Counted from the stretch's first letter, positions 34,193 through 45,136 are shown. The stretch is DNA of 64,000 bases from Minisyncoccota bacterium (GCA_041663165.1 JBAZRF010000003.1:11364-75363); one strand, 5' to 3'. Numbers and translations: made by a program. The notes: a model not told the origin generated them from the letters alone.

Positions 34193-36202
34193 ATGTCAAA
34201 TAAGATATTCAATTTAAAATCAAAATTTGCTCCGGCGGGCGATCAACCTAGAGCGATTAAAGAACTGGTGGTGGGGTTGAAAAAGGGTAAAAGGCACCAG
34301 ACGCTTTTAGGCGTGACGGGGTCGGGTAAGACTTTTACGATGGCTAATGTGATTGAGGCCTATAATAAGCCGACCCTGGTGATTGCTCACAATAAAACAT
34401 TGGCCGCGCAATTGGCGCAAGAATATCGCGACTTTTTCCCTGATCACGCCGTTCATTATTTTGTGTCTTATTACGATTATTATCAGCCCGAGGCCTATAT
34501 TGCGCACTCGGATACTTATATCGAGAAGGACGCGAGTATTAACGAAGAAATTGAACGTTTGCGCCACGCTTCAACTCAAGCTCTCTTAACTCGTCGGGAT
34601 GTGATTATTGTCGCTTCGGTCTCGTGTATTTATGGCTTGGGCAGTCCGGAGGAATATGCTAAGAGTTTTGTGCGTCTGCTCGTGGGCGATAAATATACTC
34701 GTCAGGAAATCATTGAGAAATTGATCAGTGTTTATTATGAACGAACCAACGCTGACCTCACGCCGGGTACTTTTAGGGCGATTGGTAACTCAATTGAGAT
34801 TATGCCACCGGGCGAACGCGAAATTGTAAATCTTAAAATGATCGACGACCGGATTGACCAAATTTTAATTATTGACGCGATTTCGCGCAAAATCATTAAT
34901 GAGCCAAACGAAACTTATCTTTATCCGGCTAAGCATTTTATTACGACCGACGATGAGCGTGATCGAGCAATTTCTTCGATTAAGCTTGAGCTTGAAGAGC
35001 GACTAAAAGAGTTAAATAAAAATAGTAAATTATTGGAGGCCGAAAGATTGAAGCGGCGAACCAATTATGACCTGGCAATGATTAAAGAGATTGGTTATTG
35101 CAACGGTATTGAAAATTATTCGCGTCACTTGTCGGGACGAAAGAAAGGGGAGGCGCCGGCTACTCTCTTAGATTATTTTCCCAAAACGGCTGATGGAAAG
35201 GCTGATTTTCTGACAATTATTGATGAGTCGCACGTGGCTGTACCACAAATTCGCGGGATGTTTGCCGGTGATGAGAGTCGAAAGAAAAATTTGGTGGAAT
35301 ACGGTTTTCGTCTGCCCAGCGCACTTGATAATCGACCGCTCCGCTTTCCTGAATTTGAGGAGCGAGTAAACCAGGTGATTTACACTAGCGCGACGCCGGG
35401 TGAATATGAATTTGGGCAGTCTGGAGCCGACGGTGTAATCGAACAAATAATCAGACCGACCGGTTTAATTGATCCAGAAATTGAGGTTCGTCCCATCCTA
35501 AACAATCAAATTAAAGACTTTATTAAAGAGGCGCAAAAAGAAATTAAAAATGGCCATCGCGTGATTGCGACGACCCTAACCAAAAAAATGGCCGAGGATT
35601 TGGCCGAATATTTAAAAAATGAAGGCGTTAAGGCTGAATATCTGCATAGTGAAGTAAAAACAATGGAGCGCATCAAAATCCTGACAGATTTTCGTCGTGG
35701 GGTTTTCGATTGTCTCGTCGGCGTCAACTTATTGCGCGAGGGCTTAGATTTGCCCGAAGTTTCGTTTATCGGGATTCTCGATGCTGACAAGGAGGGCTTT
35801 TTGCGCTCTGAAGTTTCGCTCATCCAAACTATTGGCCGGGCCGCGCGCAATTTGGCCGGGCGAGTAATTCTCTATGCCGATATGGTAACCGGCTCGATGA
35901 AAAAGGCGATCGATGAGACTAATCGTCGGCGCGCAATCCAGCTCAAATATAACAAAGATAACCACATTACGCCCGTTTCTATTACCAAAAAAATTCACGA
36001 TATCACTGACTCGCTCTCGACCGAACGTCATAAAGCGGTAGCTAATTTGCTGGCCATTGAAACACCCGGGCTCGATAAAAAAGGATATAAGAAATTAGTC
36101 AAAGATAAGACCAAACAAATGAATGAGGCGGTCAAAAATCTCGACTTCGAAACCGCCGCCATTTTGCGGGATGAGATCCGAGCGTTAGAAAATATAAAAT
36201 AA
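34193..36202 (+). CDS. uvrB: Excinuclease ABC subunit B
   Basis: GVTGSGKTFT Walker A, helicase motifs, C-terminal UVR domain. Confidence 0.9.
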   Translation: MSNKIFNLKSKFAPAGDQPRAIKELVVGLKKGKRHQTLLGVTGSGKTFTMANVIEAYNKPTLVIAHNKTLAAQLAQEYRDFFPDHAVHYFVSYYDYYQPEAYIAHSDTYIEKDASINEEIERLRHASTQALLTRRDVIIVASVSCIYGLGSPEEYAKSFVRLLVGDKYTRQEIIEKLISVYYERTNADLTPGTFRAIGNSIEIMPPGEREIVNLKMIDDRIDQILIIDAISRKIINEPNETYLYPAKHFITTDDERDRAISSIKLELEERLKELNKNSKLLEAERLKRRTNYDLAMIKEIGYCNGIENYSRHLSGRKKGEAPATLLDYFPKTADGKADFLTIIDESHVAVPQIRGMFAGDESRKKNLVEYGFRLPSALDNRPLRFPEFEERVNQVIYTSATPGEYEFGQSGADGVIEQIIRPTGLIDPEIEVRPILNNQIKDFIKEAQKEIKNGHRVIATTLTKKMAEDLAEYLKNEGVKAEYLHSEVKTMERIKILTDFRRGVFDCLVGVNLLREGLDLPEVSFIGILDADKEGFLRSEVSLIQTIGRAARNLAGRVILYADMVTGSMKKAIDETNRRRAIQLKYNKDNHITPVSITKKIHDITDSLSTERHKAVANLLAIETPGLDKKGYKKLVKDKTKQMNEAVKNLDFETAAILRDEIRALENIK

Positions 36203-36254
36203 TTGGCGGGAAAGAATTTGTATGGTATAATGAGAAAACCGCGAGGCGGTTTTT

Positions 36255-38021
36255 GTGTTTATGAAAGACAATACTAAAAAAACTCTAAAAATCTTTTGGC
36301 AACACGCCATCAAATATAAATGGTTGGGGTCTTTGCTAGTGGCTAGTACTGTTGCGGTTACTGTTTTTGAGATAATTGTTCCGCTCTTTTATCGGCGCCT
36401 TTTCAATTCGTTGGCCAGCGGTCAACCGGTTGATCAAATTGCTCGCGAATGTATTATCGTGTTGCTCTGGATTACCGCCCTCTACTTAATTCAGTGGGCA
36501 GTGCGTCGAGTCTCTAATTTTTCGGCTAATTATTTTGAGGCGCGCGTCATCTCCGACTTATCAAGTTATTGTTTTAATTATTTGCACCGGCACTCCTTCT
36601 CTTACTTTAACAATAATTTTGTCGGCTCGCTCGTCAAACGGGTCAAGTGGTTTACCGGCGCCTTTGAGACCGTGACCGATAAATTGCTCTGGGATATTGT
36701 CCCGCTCATCATAACCGCGATAGCAATCACGGTTATTCTTGGTTTGGCCAACATCTGGCTCGCGGTCGGCGTTATTGTTTGGATGATTATCTTTATCCTC
36801 ATCAACTTACTCTTAGCTCGCTATAAAATCCGCTATGACATTAAGCGCAATGAAGTTGAGTCGAGTAATACGGGCTTACTGGCCGACACGATTACCAATA
36901 ATGCCAACGTTAAATTATTTAATGGTTATCATCGCGAGGTAAACGCCTATGCCAAATCAAATGAAGAGGTACGTTATTGGCGGCTTTTTACTTGGAATTT
37001 GGGGAGCTTTTTTGACGCCGTTCAGGGCTTTTTGGCCGTGGTGCTGGAAGTCGGTGTCTTCTATTTTGCCATCCGCTTATGGCAACAAGGGGTGTTAACG
37101 ATTGGCGATTTTGCCATGATTCAGGCCTATCTCATCCGGATTTTTGAGCAAATTTGGAGCTTTGGTAATGTTATTCGCCGGCTTTACGAATCATTGTCGG
37201 ACGCTGAGGAGATGACCATTATTCTTGAATTGCCCCATGAAATAAAAGACACGCCCAATGCCAAAACGCTCAAAGTTAAAAAGGGAGAAATTGAATTTAA
37301 AAATGTTCTCTTTAAATATCACAAAAGTCGCAAGGTGCTTGATAATTTTAATCTTACCGTGGCCCCCGCCGAGTCGGTGGCCTTAATCGGCCCGTCGGGT
37401 GCCGGTAAAACAACCGTGGTCAAATTATTATTGCGCATGCACGATGTTACCAATGGCCAAATTTTGATTGACGGTCAAGACATTGCCAAAGTGACGCAAG
37501 AAAGTTTGTGGCAAAATGTCAGCCTCGTTCCGCAAGACCCGATCCTCTTTCATCGCACCCTGATGGAGAATATTCGCTATGGCCAGCCGAAGGCGACCGA
37601 TAAAGAAGTGATTGAGGCGGCCAAGAAGGCTCATTGTCACGAATTTATTTCGCACCTCGAGTTTGGCTACGAAACTTTTGTTGGTGAGCGGGGGATTAAA
37701 CTCTCGGGCGGGGAGCGCCAACGCGTGGCCATTGCTCGGGCGATTTTGCGCAATGCGCCAATCCTGGTCTTGGATGAGGCCACCTCGTCGCTCGATTCCG
37801 AATCCGAGCACCTAATTCAAGAAGCGCTTAACGAATTAATGAAAAACAAAACCGTGCTAGTGATTGCTCACCGGCTCTCCACAATTCGCCATGCCGACCG
37901 TATCTTGGTCATTGATAAGGGCCAGGTGGTTGAGGAGGGTTCGCACGACGATCTCACTAGTCAAACTGGTGGCATCTACGCCAAACTCTGGCAATTCCAA
38001 GCCGGCGGGTTTGTGAAATAG
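36255..38021 (+). CDS. ABC exporter, fused permease/ATPase (MsbA-like)
   Basis: 6-TM N-terminal domain; Walker A GPSGAGKTT; signature LSGGERQR; Walker B ILVLDEATS. Confidence 0.85.
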   Translation: MFMKDNTKKTLKIFWQHAIKYKWLGSLLVASTVAVTVFEIIVPLFYRRLFNSLASGQPVDQIARECIIVLLWITALYLIQWAVRRVSNFSANYFEARVISDLSSYCFNYLHRHSFSYFNNNFVGSLVKRVKWFTGAFETVTDKLLWDIVPLIITAIAITVILGLANIWLAVGVIVWMIIFILINLLLARYKIRYDIKRNEVESSNTGLLADTITNNANVKLFNGYHREVNAYAKSNEEVRYWRLFTWNLGSFFDAVQGFLAVVLEVGVFYFAIRLWQQGVLTIGDFAMIQAYLIRIFEQIWSFGNVIRRLYESLSDAEEMTIILELPHEIKDTPNAKTLKVKKGEIEFKNVLFKYHKSRKVLDNFNLTVAPAESVALIGPSGAGKTTVVKLLLRMHDVTNGQILIDGQDIAKVTQESLWQNVSLVPQDPILFHRTLMENIRYGQPKATDKEVIEAAKKAHCHEFISHLEFGYETFVGERGIKLSGGERQRVAIARAILRNAPILVLDEATSSLDSESEHLIQEALNELMKNKTVLVIAHRLSTIRHADRILVIDKGQVVEEGSHDDLTSQTGGIYAKLWQFQAGGFVK

Positions 38022-38093
38022 AATACGTGTGTTATGATCGCGCTATCACCCTATGGGCAAACCAGAGGGCCATTCATGGTGTGTATATAGAGT

Positions 38094-40697
38094 ATGGAAG
38101 AAAATAAGATTAAAATTAAGGGCGCACGAACGCATAACCTTAAGAATATTAGTTTAGAAATACCGCGGAACAAGCTGGTGGTTTTTACGGGTCTCTCAGG
38201 TTCGGGCAAATCAAGCCTCGCTTTTGATACAATTTTTGCCGAGGGACAAAGACGATATGTGGAATCGCTCTCGGCTTACGCCCGACAATTTTTAAAGCAA
38301 TTACCTAAGCCTGACGTAGACGAAATCAGCGGTCTCTCACCGGCGATTTCGATTGATCAAAAATCTCGTTCCCATAACCCAAGGTCAACAGTAGCCACAA
38401 TCACTGAAATCTACGATTATTTGCGTGTGCTTTACGCGCGGATTGGCCAGCCCCATTGTCCAATTTGCGGAGAACGGATTGAGAAATTATCGCATGAGGA
38501 GATTGTGAATTTTGTGAAAACCAAAATGGTGGAGGCTGAAACTTCCGGAGCCATCTCCCTTTTGGCGCCGATCGTACGAGGCAGAAAAGGCGAATACTAT
38601 CAGCTTCTCTACGACTTAATTGATAAGGGTTACTCCGAAGTTTTAATTGATGGTAAAAAATACAAATTGCGTGAGCGAATTATCCTGACCAAAACTAAGA
38701 AGCACGATATTGATGTTGTTATTGATGAGATTCCCTTAGCAGATTTCACTGGTCGAGGCTCAACCTCGACCGAAGTTAAACCCAAAAAACAAAAGGGGGA
38801 TTTGGGCTCTTTGGTTGCTTCCGCTAAGTCCGATTCGGCCAACGAACGCCTAACCGAAGGGGTTGAGCGGGCGCTTAAAGAATCTGACGGTTTGGTCAAA
38901 ATTGTTTTGGCGGGGGAGACTTCCCTTTTATCTTCAAAATTTGCCTGTCCAAACGACGGCTTCTCTTTTCCCGAGATTGAGCCACGTCTTTTCTCTTTTA
39001 ACTCACCTTATGGGGCATGTCCCGAGTGTCATGGTCTTGGTACTAAACACATGTGGGGTAACGAAGTCTGTGAGGTTTGCAATGGCGCACGCTTGCGACC
39101 AGAAGCTTTGCAAGTAAAGATTGCGGGCAAAAACATTGTCGAGACAGTTAATCTTTCAATCGGCGAGGCCAAGAAACTTTTTGATACTGTAAAATTAACG
39201 CCCAAAGAAAAAGCGATCTCCGAAGTTTTGTTTAAAGAGATTGGCGCTCGGCTTAAATTTTTAAACGATGTTGGATTAGATTATATCGAGTTAAGCCGGC
39301 GGGCTGATACTTTATCGGGGGGAGAAGCGCAACGTATTCGTTTGGCGTCACAACTTGGCTCGCGTTTGGTGGGTACACTTTATGTGCTTGATGAGCCAAC
39401 TATCGGTTTGCACGCGCGCGACAACGATAAGTTAATTAAGACCTTGCTTGAATTACGCGACTTGGGTAACTCGATTGTCGTGGTTGAGCATGACGAAGAC
39501 ACAATTTTCGCTTCTGATTATCTCGTTGATATTGGCCCGGGTGCTGGTGTGCATGGCGGTCATATTGTTGTGGCTGGCGAAACAGACAAGCTCTTAACTT
39601 CAAAAAAGAATGACTATAACTCGCTAACTGTTGATTATCTGCGTGGGGATATTGAGATTCCCGTGCCCGAAAAACGTCGGTCAAAAGATAAGGGGACGAT
39701 CAAAATCCGCGGGGGCAATATCTTTAATATCAAAAATCTTAATGTCGATATTCCCCTTGGCAAATTAGTGGCGATTACTGGCGTGTCAGGTTCAGGTAAA
39801 TCTTCGCTTGTTTACGAAATCTTGCATAAAAATTTGCAAGCTCGACTCGAACGACGTTATCGCACTAATGAATTGTTTAATTGCAAAGAGTTTTCGGGCA
39901 GTGAATATGTTAGTCGAGTGGTAATGATTGACCAATCGCCCATTGGTCGAACCCCGCGTTCGAATCCCGCCACTTATACTGGCGCCTTCACCTTTATTCG
40001 CGAATTACTAGCCGAAACCGCCTTGGCTCGGGCAAGAGGGTGGAAGGCATCACGTTTCTCCTTCAACGTGCAAGGTGGACGGTGCGAGGCTTGCCAAGGT
40101 AATGGCGAAGTGGCCGTTGAGATGCACTTTTTGCCGACTATTTATGTGCCGTGCGATGTGTGCCTGGGTACGCGTTACGAAAAGGATACGCTTGAGGTTC
40201 AATACAAAAAAAAGAATATCAGCCAGATTTTGCACATGACGGTGGAGGAGGCGCTTGAATTCTTTAATGATATCCCCGCCATTCATGATCGGCTTAAGAG
40301 CCTAAACGATGTTGGTTTGGGCTATCTCGAACTTGGCCAATCAGCGACCGACCTCTCGGGTGGCGAAGCGCAACGGGTGAAAATTTCGTCCGAACTTTAT
40401 CGGCCCTATACCGAACGTACCATTTATGTCTTAGATGAACCAACAATTGGTTTGCATTATGAAGACGTAAAAAAATTAAATGAGATTTTGCAAAAATTAG
40501 TCGAGAAGGGAAACACAGTGGTGGTGATTGAACATAATATGGAGGTAATCAAATGCGCCGATTACATTATTGATATGGGCCCTGAAGGTGGCTTGGGTGG
40601 TGGTAACTTGGTGGCCAAAGGCACACCTGAAGAAGTGGCTTACGCGCCGGGATCTTACACGGCAAAGTATTTGAAAAGGGCGTTAAGAAAAAAATAA
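38094..40697 (+). CDS. uvrA: Excinuclease ABC subunit A
   Basis: Two ABC ATPase modules (GLSGSGKSS and GVSGSGKSS), two LSGGE signatures, and zinc-finger Cys clusters. Confidence 0.9.
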   Translation: MEENKIKIKGARTHNLKNISLEIPRNKLVVFTGLSGSGKSSLAFDTIFAEGQRRYVESLSAYARQFLKQLPKPDVDEISGLSPAISIDQKSRSHNPRSTVATITEIYDYLRVLYARIGQPHCPICGERIEKLSHEEIVNFVKTKMVEAETSGAISLLAPIVRGRKGEYYQLLYDLIDKGYSEVLIDGKKYKLRERIILTKTKKHDIDVVIDEIPLADFTGRGSTSTEVKPKKQKGDLGSLVASAKSDSANERLTEGVERALKESDGLVKIVLAGETSLLSSKFACPNDGFSFPEIEPRLFSFNSPYGACPECHGLGTKHMWGNEVCEVCNGARLRPEALQVKIAGKNIVETVNLSIGEAKKLFDTVKLTPKEKAISEVLFKEIGARLKFLNDVGLDYIELSRRADTLSGGEAQRIRLASQLGSRLVGTLYVLDEPTIGLHARDNDKLIKTLLELRDLGNSIVVVEHDEDTIFASDYLVDIGPGAGVHGGHIVVAGETDKLLTSKKNDYNSLTVDYLRGDIEIPVPEKRRSKDKGTIKIRGGNIFNIKNLNVDIPLGKLVAITGVSGSGKSSLVYEILHKNLQARLERRYRTNELFNCKEFSGSEYVSRVVMIDQSPIGRTPRSNPATYTGAFTFIRELLAETALARARGWKASRFSFNVQGGRCEACQGNGEVAVEMHFLPTIYVPCDVCLGTRYEKDTLEVQYKKKNISQILHMTVEEALEFFNDIPAIHDRLKSLNDVGLGYLELGQSATDLSGGEAQRVKISSELYRPYTERTIYVLDEPTIGLHYEDVKKLNEILQKLVEKGNTVVVIEHNMEVIKCADYIIDMGPEGGLGGGNLVAKGTPEEVAYAPGSYTAKYLKRALRKK

Positions 40698-40702
40698 CAA
40701 AT

Positions 40703-42109
40703 ATGGAGTCTCGCGACTTAAAAAAATATAGATTACCCGATAGGCCTGGGGTGTACTTTTTTAAACGTCAACGGAAAATTCTTTATATTGGCAAAGCAAC
40801 ATCACTTAAAGACCGAGTGAAGAGTTACTTTGCTGGTGATTTGGGCGAAACACGTGGGCCAAAGATTACCCAGATGCTGGCTTTGGCCAAAAAAATTGAT
40901 TGGCAAGAAACCGATTCGGTTTTAGAGGCCTTATTGTTGGAAACGGAATTAATTAAGAAGCATCAACCGCCTTACAATACCCGCGAGAAGGATGATAAGA
41001 GTTATTGGTATGTGATTATCACCGACGAAGACTTTCCGCGCATTTTGCCCATCCGTGGCCGGGAACTAGAAAACTCAAAAAACCCTTATTTTGCGAAATC
41101 CAACTTCGAATTTGGGCCGTTTCCGTATGGGGCCGAGATGAAAGAAGCGCTTAAAATAATTCGCAAGATTTTCCCGTATCGGGACAAATGTGAGCCTTGC
41201 AAACTACGCGAGGAACGACCTCGGGCGCACTTGAGGTCGCACCTCTCTCCGTTTTGCAAAGCTTGTTTTAATCGCCAGATTGGTTTATGCCCGGGTGTCT
41301 GCACTGGCGAAATTTCGAAAACTGATTATCAAAAAATCGTCAGAAACATCAAATTGTTTTTCGAAGGCAAGAAAAAAGAAGTACTTAAAAATCTTGAACG
41401 AGAAATGAAGATTCTGGCGAAAGAACAAGAATTTGAAAAAGCGAGTAAAACTAGAGATCAGATTTTTGCATTAAATCATATTAGGGATGTGTCATTGCTT
41501 AAGAAGAAAGGACGAGCGGAGAGAGGTGAATCCTCAAGTGAGCCCGAGGTCTCACCTCGCGGAGCTCGTTCTATTAGAATTGAAGCTTACGATATTGCTC
41601 ACCTATCCGGTAAAAATACCACTGGCGCAATGGTGGTGTGGCAAAATGGCGAAATGGATAAAAATGAGTATCGTAAGTTTAAGCTAAAGGGATCAAAAGC
41701 TAATCAACCTGATGACTCGGCCAATTTGCGCGAAATCCTAGAGCGACGTTTTAATCACCCGGAGTGGTCCTTACCAGATATTATTGTGGTGGATGGGAAT
41801 CAGGTGCAAAGGGATGTCGTTGAAGAGGTTTTGCGAAGTCGCATCTGGCTACGCGAGAAACGACTTCTCAAAACGGGCCCTGGCGATGTGAGAAATGCGA
41901 CTTCAAGTGCGCCCGAAGTCGTTTTTCGCACAGAGCCAGAACAAATTAAAGCCATTGCCGTGACCAAAGACGACAGGCATAAGGCTTCTAACCTCATCGG
42001 AGATTCGGCTATTATTCGGGATTACCACCGCCCAATAATTGAGGCCAATGCCGAAGCCCATCGTTTTGCACTGGCCTACCATAGAAAATTACGCCGGCGA
42101 TTGGTATAA
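40703..42109 (+). CDS. uvrC: Excinuclease ABC subunit C (short form, 468 aa, no recognisable C-terminal HhH region)
   Basis: GIY-YIG N-terminus (GVYFF...ILYIGKA), a Cys-rich region and a UvrB-interaction-like region. Carries at least five palindromic-element copies. Confidence 0.8.
   Translation: MESRDLKKYRLPDRPGVYFFKRQRKILYIGKATSLKDRVKSYFAGDLGETRGPKITQMLALAKKIDWQETDSVLEALLLETELIKKHQPPYNTREKDDKSYWYVIITDEDFPRILPIRGRELENSKNPYFAKSNFEFGPFPYGAEMKEALKIIRKIFPYRDKCEPCKLREERPRAHLRSHLSPFCKACFNRQIGLCPGVCTGEISKTDYQKIVRNIKLFFEGKKKEVLKNLEREMKILAKEQEFEKASKTRDQIFALNHIRDVSLLKKKGRAERGESSSEPEVSPRGARSIRIEAYDIAHLSGKNTTGAMVVWQNGEMDKNEYRKFKLKGSKANQPDDSANLREILERRFNHPEWSLPDIIVVDGNQVQRDVVEEVLRSRIWLREKRLLKTGPGDVRNATSSAPEVVFRTEPEQIKAIAVTKDDRHKASNLIGDSAIIRDYHRPIIEANAEAHRFALAYHRKLRRRLV
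41093..41110. repeat. Palindromic unit GCGAAATCCAACTTCGAA in uvrC
   Basis: With upstream AAAAACCCTTATTTT it mirrors the prmC unit at 13290-13327 in reverse orientation. Confidence 0.6.
41216..41250. repeat. Element copy (CGACCTCGGGCGCACTTGAGGTCGCACCTCTCTCC), inverted relative to 41518-41556
   Basis: 30/35 match to the reverse complement of 41518-41552. Also 23/25 to the reverse complement of 41897-41921. Confidence 0.7.
41518..41556. repeat. Element copy (GGAGAGAGGTGAATCCTCAAGTGAGCCCGAGGTCTCACC)
   Basis: Forms an inverted-repeat pair with 41216-41250, about 270 bp away, inside the uvrC coding sequence. Confidence 0.7.
41833..41869. repeat. Family-A palindromic element (GCGAAGTCGCATCTGGCTACGCGAGAAACGACTTCTC) in uvrC
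   Basis: Same core as 2191-2231. Confidence 0.8.
41897..41921. repeat. Element copy GCGACTTCAAGTGCGCCCGAAGTCG
   Basis: The CAAGTG(C/A)GCCCGA(A/G)GTC motif is also present at 30826-30855, 41231-41250 and 41535-41552. Confidence 0.7.
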
Positions 42110-43100
42110 TATGGGAGTGTTAGAGCCATTCGCTAATTTTTCTTTTGTTAATTACCCCAGCTTCTGGGCAATCTTGCTGATTTTCTTTGTGGCCGTTTTT
42201 TATCTCGGCCGATTTTGGCAAAGTCGCGAGAGTCATTTGCAAATTTTGATTAATGAGGCCAATCTCAAGACCCAACAAATTCAGGAGTTGGAAAAGGTGA
42301 ATCAAGAACTTGAGTCTAAAAATCGAGAGCTTTATTCTAAAGAACTCGGCCTGACTCTGGCTAATAAGAAACTCCAATCACTTGAAGAGGCCAAGTCAAA
42401 ATTTGTTTCAGTCACAACCCATCAACTAAGAACACCGCTGGCGGCGATTAAGTGGACGCTCGACATGGCGGCTAAGGGCCAGCTGGGAACAGTTACTGAT
42501 GAACAAAAAAAATATTTGTCGCAAGGACTAATAAGTACGGAGCGTGTAATCTCGATCGTAAATGATCTGCTCAAAATAGATGCCATTGACGCTGAGCGCG
42601 CTGATTACACTTTTCGTCCGACTGACTTGGTCAAATTAATTTCTAATATCATTTTCGAATTCACTAATCAAGCGGCGATTAAGAAAATAAATTTTCTCTT
42701 TCTTAAACCGCAAAACACCATTCCTTTAGTTGAGATGGACCCCGATAAGGTCCGGATGGTTTTAGAAAATCTAATTGATAATGCCATTAAATATACCTCA
42801 TCGGGCGGTAAGGTTACCATCAAGATATCTGACGAGCGAATAAATAGTGCCGAGGGGGCAATAGAAATCAAAATTATTGACTCTGGCATCGGTATTCCCT
42901 CAAGCGAGACGGACAAAATTTTCCAAAAATTCTTTCGAGCGTCTAATGCTATTAAGGCTGAGCCGGACGGTTCTGGTTTAGGGCTATTTATTGCTAGAGA
43001 TATTATTGAGAAGCATAACGGGGCCATTTGGTTTGAAAATGATCCCGGGGATGGGACCGTCTTTTCCTTCACTTTACCTTTGCACCAAAAGAAAGTATAA
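42039..43100 (+). CDS. Sensor histidine kinase (TM helix, coiled-coil, HisKA and HATPase_c domains)
   Basis: H-box TTHQLRTPLAAIKW; N/G-box DNAIKYT...GSGLGL. The start is uncertain; ATG 42108, just after a TATAAT, is an alternative. Confidence 0.75.
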   Translation: MRPMPKPIVLHWPTIENYAGDWYNMGVLEPFANFSFVNYPSFWAILLIFFVAVFYLGRFWQSRESHLQILINEANLKTQQIQELEKVNQELESKNRELYSKELGLTLANKKLQSLEEAKSKFVSVTTHQLRTPLAAIKWTLDMAAKGQLGTVTDEQKKYLSQGLISTERVISIVNDLLKIDAIDAERADYTFRPTDLVKLISNIIFEFTNQAAIKKINFLFLKPQNTIPLVEMDPDKVRMVLENLIDNAIKYTSSGGKVTIKISDERINSAEGAIEIKIIDSGIGIPSSETDKIFQKFFRASNAIKAEPDGSGLGLFIARDIIEKHNGAIWFENDPGDGTVFSFTLPLHQKKV

Positions 43101-43200
43101 TTTACCCTGTGGAGTAATGATGCTTGAGCATCATAAAATTATAAAATAATTTTTACTCAACAGGGTGAACCCTTAATTAATAACCTAACTTAAAAAGATT

Positions 43201-43581
43201 ATGGACAACGCTGAGGCTAAAAAAGTTTTAATTGTCGAGGATGATGAATTTTTACGGTCCCTAAACGCTAAACGTTTGGAGACGGAAGGTTTTAAAGTGG
43301 TGGTGGCTGTTGATGGCCAAAATGCTATTGATCTTATCCCTCAAGAAATGCCCAATTTGATTTTTTTGGACCTGCTCTTGCCGGGTATCGACGGTTTCGA
43401 GGTGTTGAAAAGAATTAAGGCGGATGAAAAAACCAAGGCCATTCCGGTTATTGTTTTCTCTAACCTCGGGCAAAAAGAGGATATTGAAAAAGCTCACAAT
43501 CTTGGGGCGGCCGACTTTTTAATCAAGGCCAATTTTACCCTTGATGATGTTGTCGTCAAAATTAAAGAAATTTTAAAATAA
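43201..43581 (+). CDS. Stand-alone response-regulator receiver domain (CheY-like)
   Basis: Acidic pocket VEDDE, phospho-acceptor D in IFLDLLLPG, and conserved K in FLIKA. Confidence 0.8.
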   Translation: MDNAEAKKVLIVEDDEFLRSLNAKRLETEGFKVVVAVDGQNAIDLIPQEMPNLIFLDLLLPGIDGFEVLKRIKADEKTKAIPVIVFSNLGQKEDIEKAHNLGAADFLIKANFTLDDVVVKIKEILK

Positions 43582-43585
43582 ACAA

Positions 43586-44563
43586 ATGGGAGCACCAATC
43601 AGGGTTGGTATTTTGCGTGGTGGCGCCGGGCACGAATATGACGTGTCGCTTAAGACTGGTGCTAGTATCCTAAAAAATCTGCCCAACGATAAGTACCAAC
43701 CAGTCGACATGCTTTTGTCGCGTGATGGCACCTGGCATGTTAATGGTTTGCCAGTACCACCAGAGCGGGCGGTGCGCAGTGTCGACGTTATTTTTAATGC
43801 CTTGCACGGTGAATTTGGCGAGGATGGCCAAGTTCAACAAATTCTTGATTATCTGGCCACCCCCTACACCGGCTCTGGCGCTGTTGCCTCGGCACTGGGT
43901 ATGGATAAACCACGGGCCAAAGAAATTTTTAAAAAAGCGGGGATTAAGGTGCCCAATGGTGTTGTAACAAAAAGAGATTATCAAACTGATGCCGAGGCTG
44001 TTGCTTACGACGTTTTTCAAAAAATTGCCCCGCCCTGGATCGTTAAGCCAGCCGGGAGCGGTTCATCGGTGGGTCTGTACTTAGCTCACTCTTACCCTGA
44101 ACTCGTTCGGGCGGTTGAAAGCTGTTTTGAGCTTAGCGACTCGATTTTAATTGAGGAATATATCAGGGGTAAGGAAGCGACTTGTGGTGTGGTGGATAAT
44201 TTGCGCGGACAAGATCATTACCCGCTTTTACCGATTGAAATTGTTACCCCTGCCAACAAATCGTTGTTTGACTACGAAGCAAAGTACACAGGTATCACCT
44301 CAGAAATTTGCCCGGGTCGTTTTACTAAAGAAGAAAAAGCCGCGCTCGAACGCTTGGCCGCCGAAATTCACAAAGTTCTCGGCCTACGCCATTATTCGCG
44401 ATCCGATTTTATTATCTCGCCACGTGGCATCTATACGCTTGAGGTTAATACTTTACCCGGCCTAACCGAAGAATCATTAATTCCTAAATCATTAAAGGCG
44501 GCGGGTATTCCCTACGACCAATTTCTTGATCATATTGTTACTTTGGCGCTAAACAGGCGTTAA
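43586..44563 (+). CDS. ddl: D-alanine--D-alanine ligase
   Basis: ATP-grasp fold; VKPAGSGSSVG; EVNTLPG near the C-terminus. Confidence 0.85.
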   Translation: MGAPIRVGILRGGAGHEYDVSLKTGASILKNLPNDKYQPVDMLLSRDGTWHVNGLPVPPERAVRSVDVIFNALHGEFGEDGQVQQILDYLATPYTGSGAVASALGMDKPRAKEIFKKAGIKVPNGVVTKRDYQTDAEAVAYDVFQKIAPPWIVKPAGSGSSVGLYLAHSYPELVRAVESCFELSDSILIEEYIRGKEATCGVVDNLRGQDHYPLLPIEIVTPANKSLFDYEAKYTGITSEICPGRFTKEEKAALERLAAEIHKVLGLRHYSRSDFIISPRGIYTLEVNTLPGLTEESLIPKSLKAAGIPYDQFLDHIVTLALNRR

Positions 44564-44623
44564 AAATTATTTAAATAAATGGTGAAGGGCCGGTAGCTGC
44601 AACACGCAGATACCGGCCCGAGC

Positions 44624-45136
44624 TTACTTTTTCTTTCGGCGGAACTTCTTTTTCTGGATCTCGGCCCAAGCCAAGATTCTGGGAGTTAGATCTGGCAAAC
44701 TCCGTTTGAAGACGTCAATGCAGTAACAGTTAGCTGCTCCTGTTACCACGAAGAGGCCGACGTTGATCCAAAACAATGTCCAGAAAGTGTGCCTGGACAC
44801 ATCCATCCACAACCATAAACTGATGGCGTAGGACAGGTCCTTGTACACCGAGATAGATATGGTGTCGAAGACCGTTTTGTGCCAGAAATTCTCCCTGTCG
44901 ACAAACTCAAGGTCGTACACTCCCTCGCGGATGAGACCGAAAGGGTATGCCAGAACAGAGTCCAGCACCCAACTGAAGAACCGAAAGCCGGCAATTCCTA
45001 GCGGGGGCAGCCCGATCAGCCATTCAATTGGAGAACCGATCGCTAATCGAAAGACACCTCCGGCATTAAGCCCCATCCAGTTGGCGAACCATGTCCAGAA
45101 GTCCTTTCGCCGCTTGGCACTTAGTCTGTATCTCAT
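44624..45136 (-). CDS. Hypothetical membrane protein (170 aa), GC-rich
   Basis: GGAAGGAGG SD lies 9 nt upstream of ATG on the minus strand. Several TM helices. A hairpin (GGGCCGGTA...TACCGGCCC) lies between this gene and the convergent ddl. Confidence 0.45.
   Translation of the reverse strand: MRYRLSAKRRKDFWTWFANWMGLNAGGVFRLAIGSPIEWLIGLPPLGIAGFRFFSWVLDSVLAYPFGLIREGVYDLEFVDRENFWHKTVFDTISISVYKDLSYAISLWLWMDVSRHTFWTLFWINVGLFVVTGAANCYCIDVFKRSLPDLTPRILAWAEIQKKKFRRKKK

Noticed and set aside
42039-42110. Histidine kinase start at 42039 overlapping uvrC by 70 nt
   Set aside because: Not rejected outright. The real start may be ATG 42108, but -10-like TATAAT directly abuts that ATG, so the start is left uncertain.
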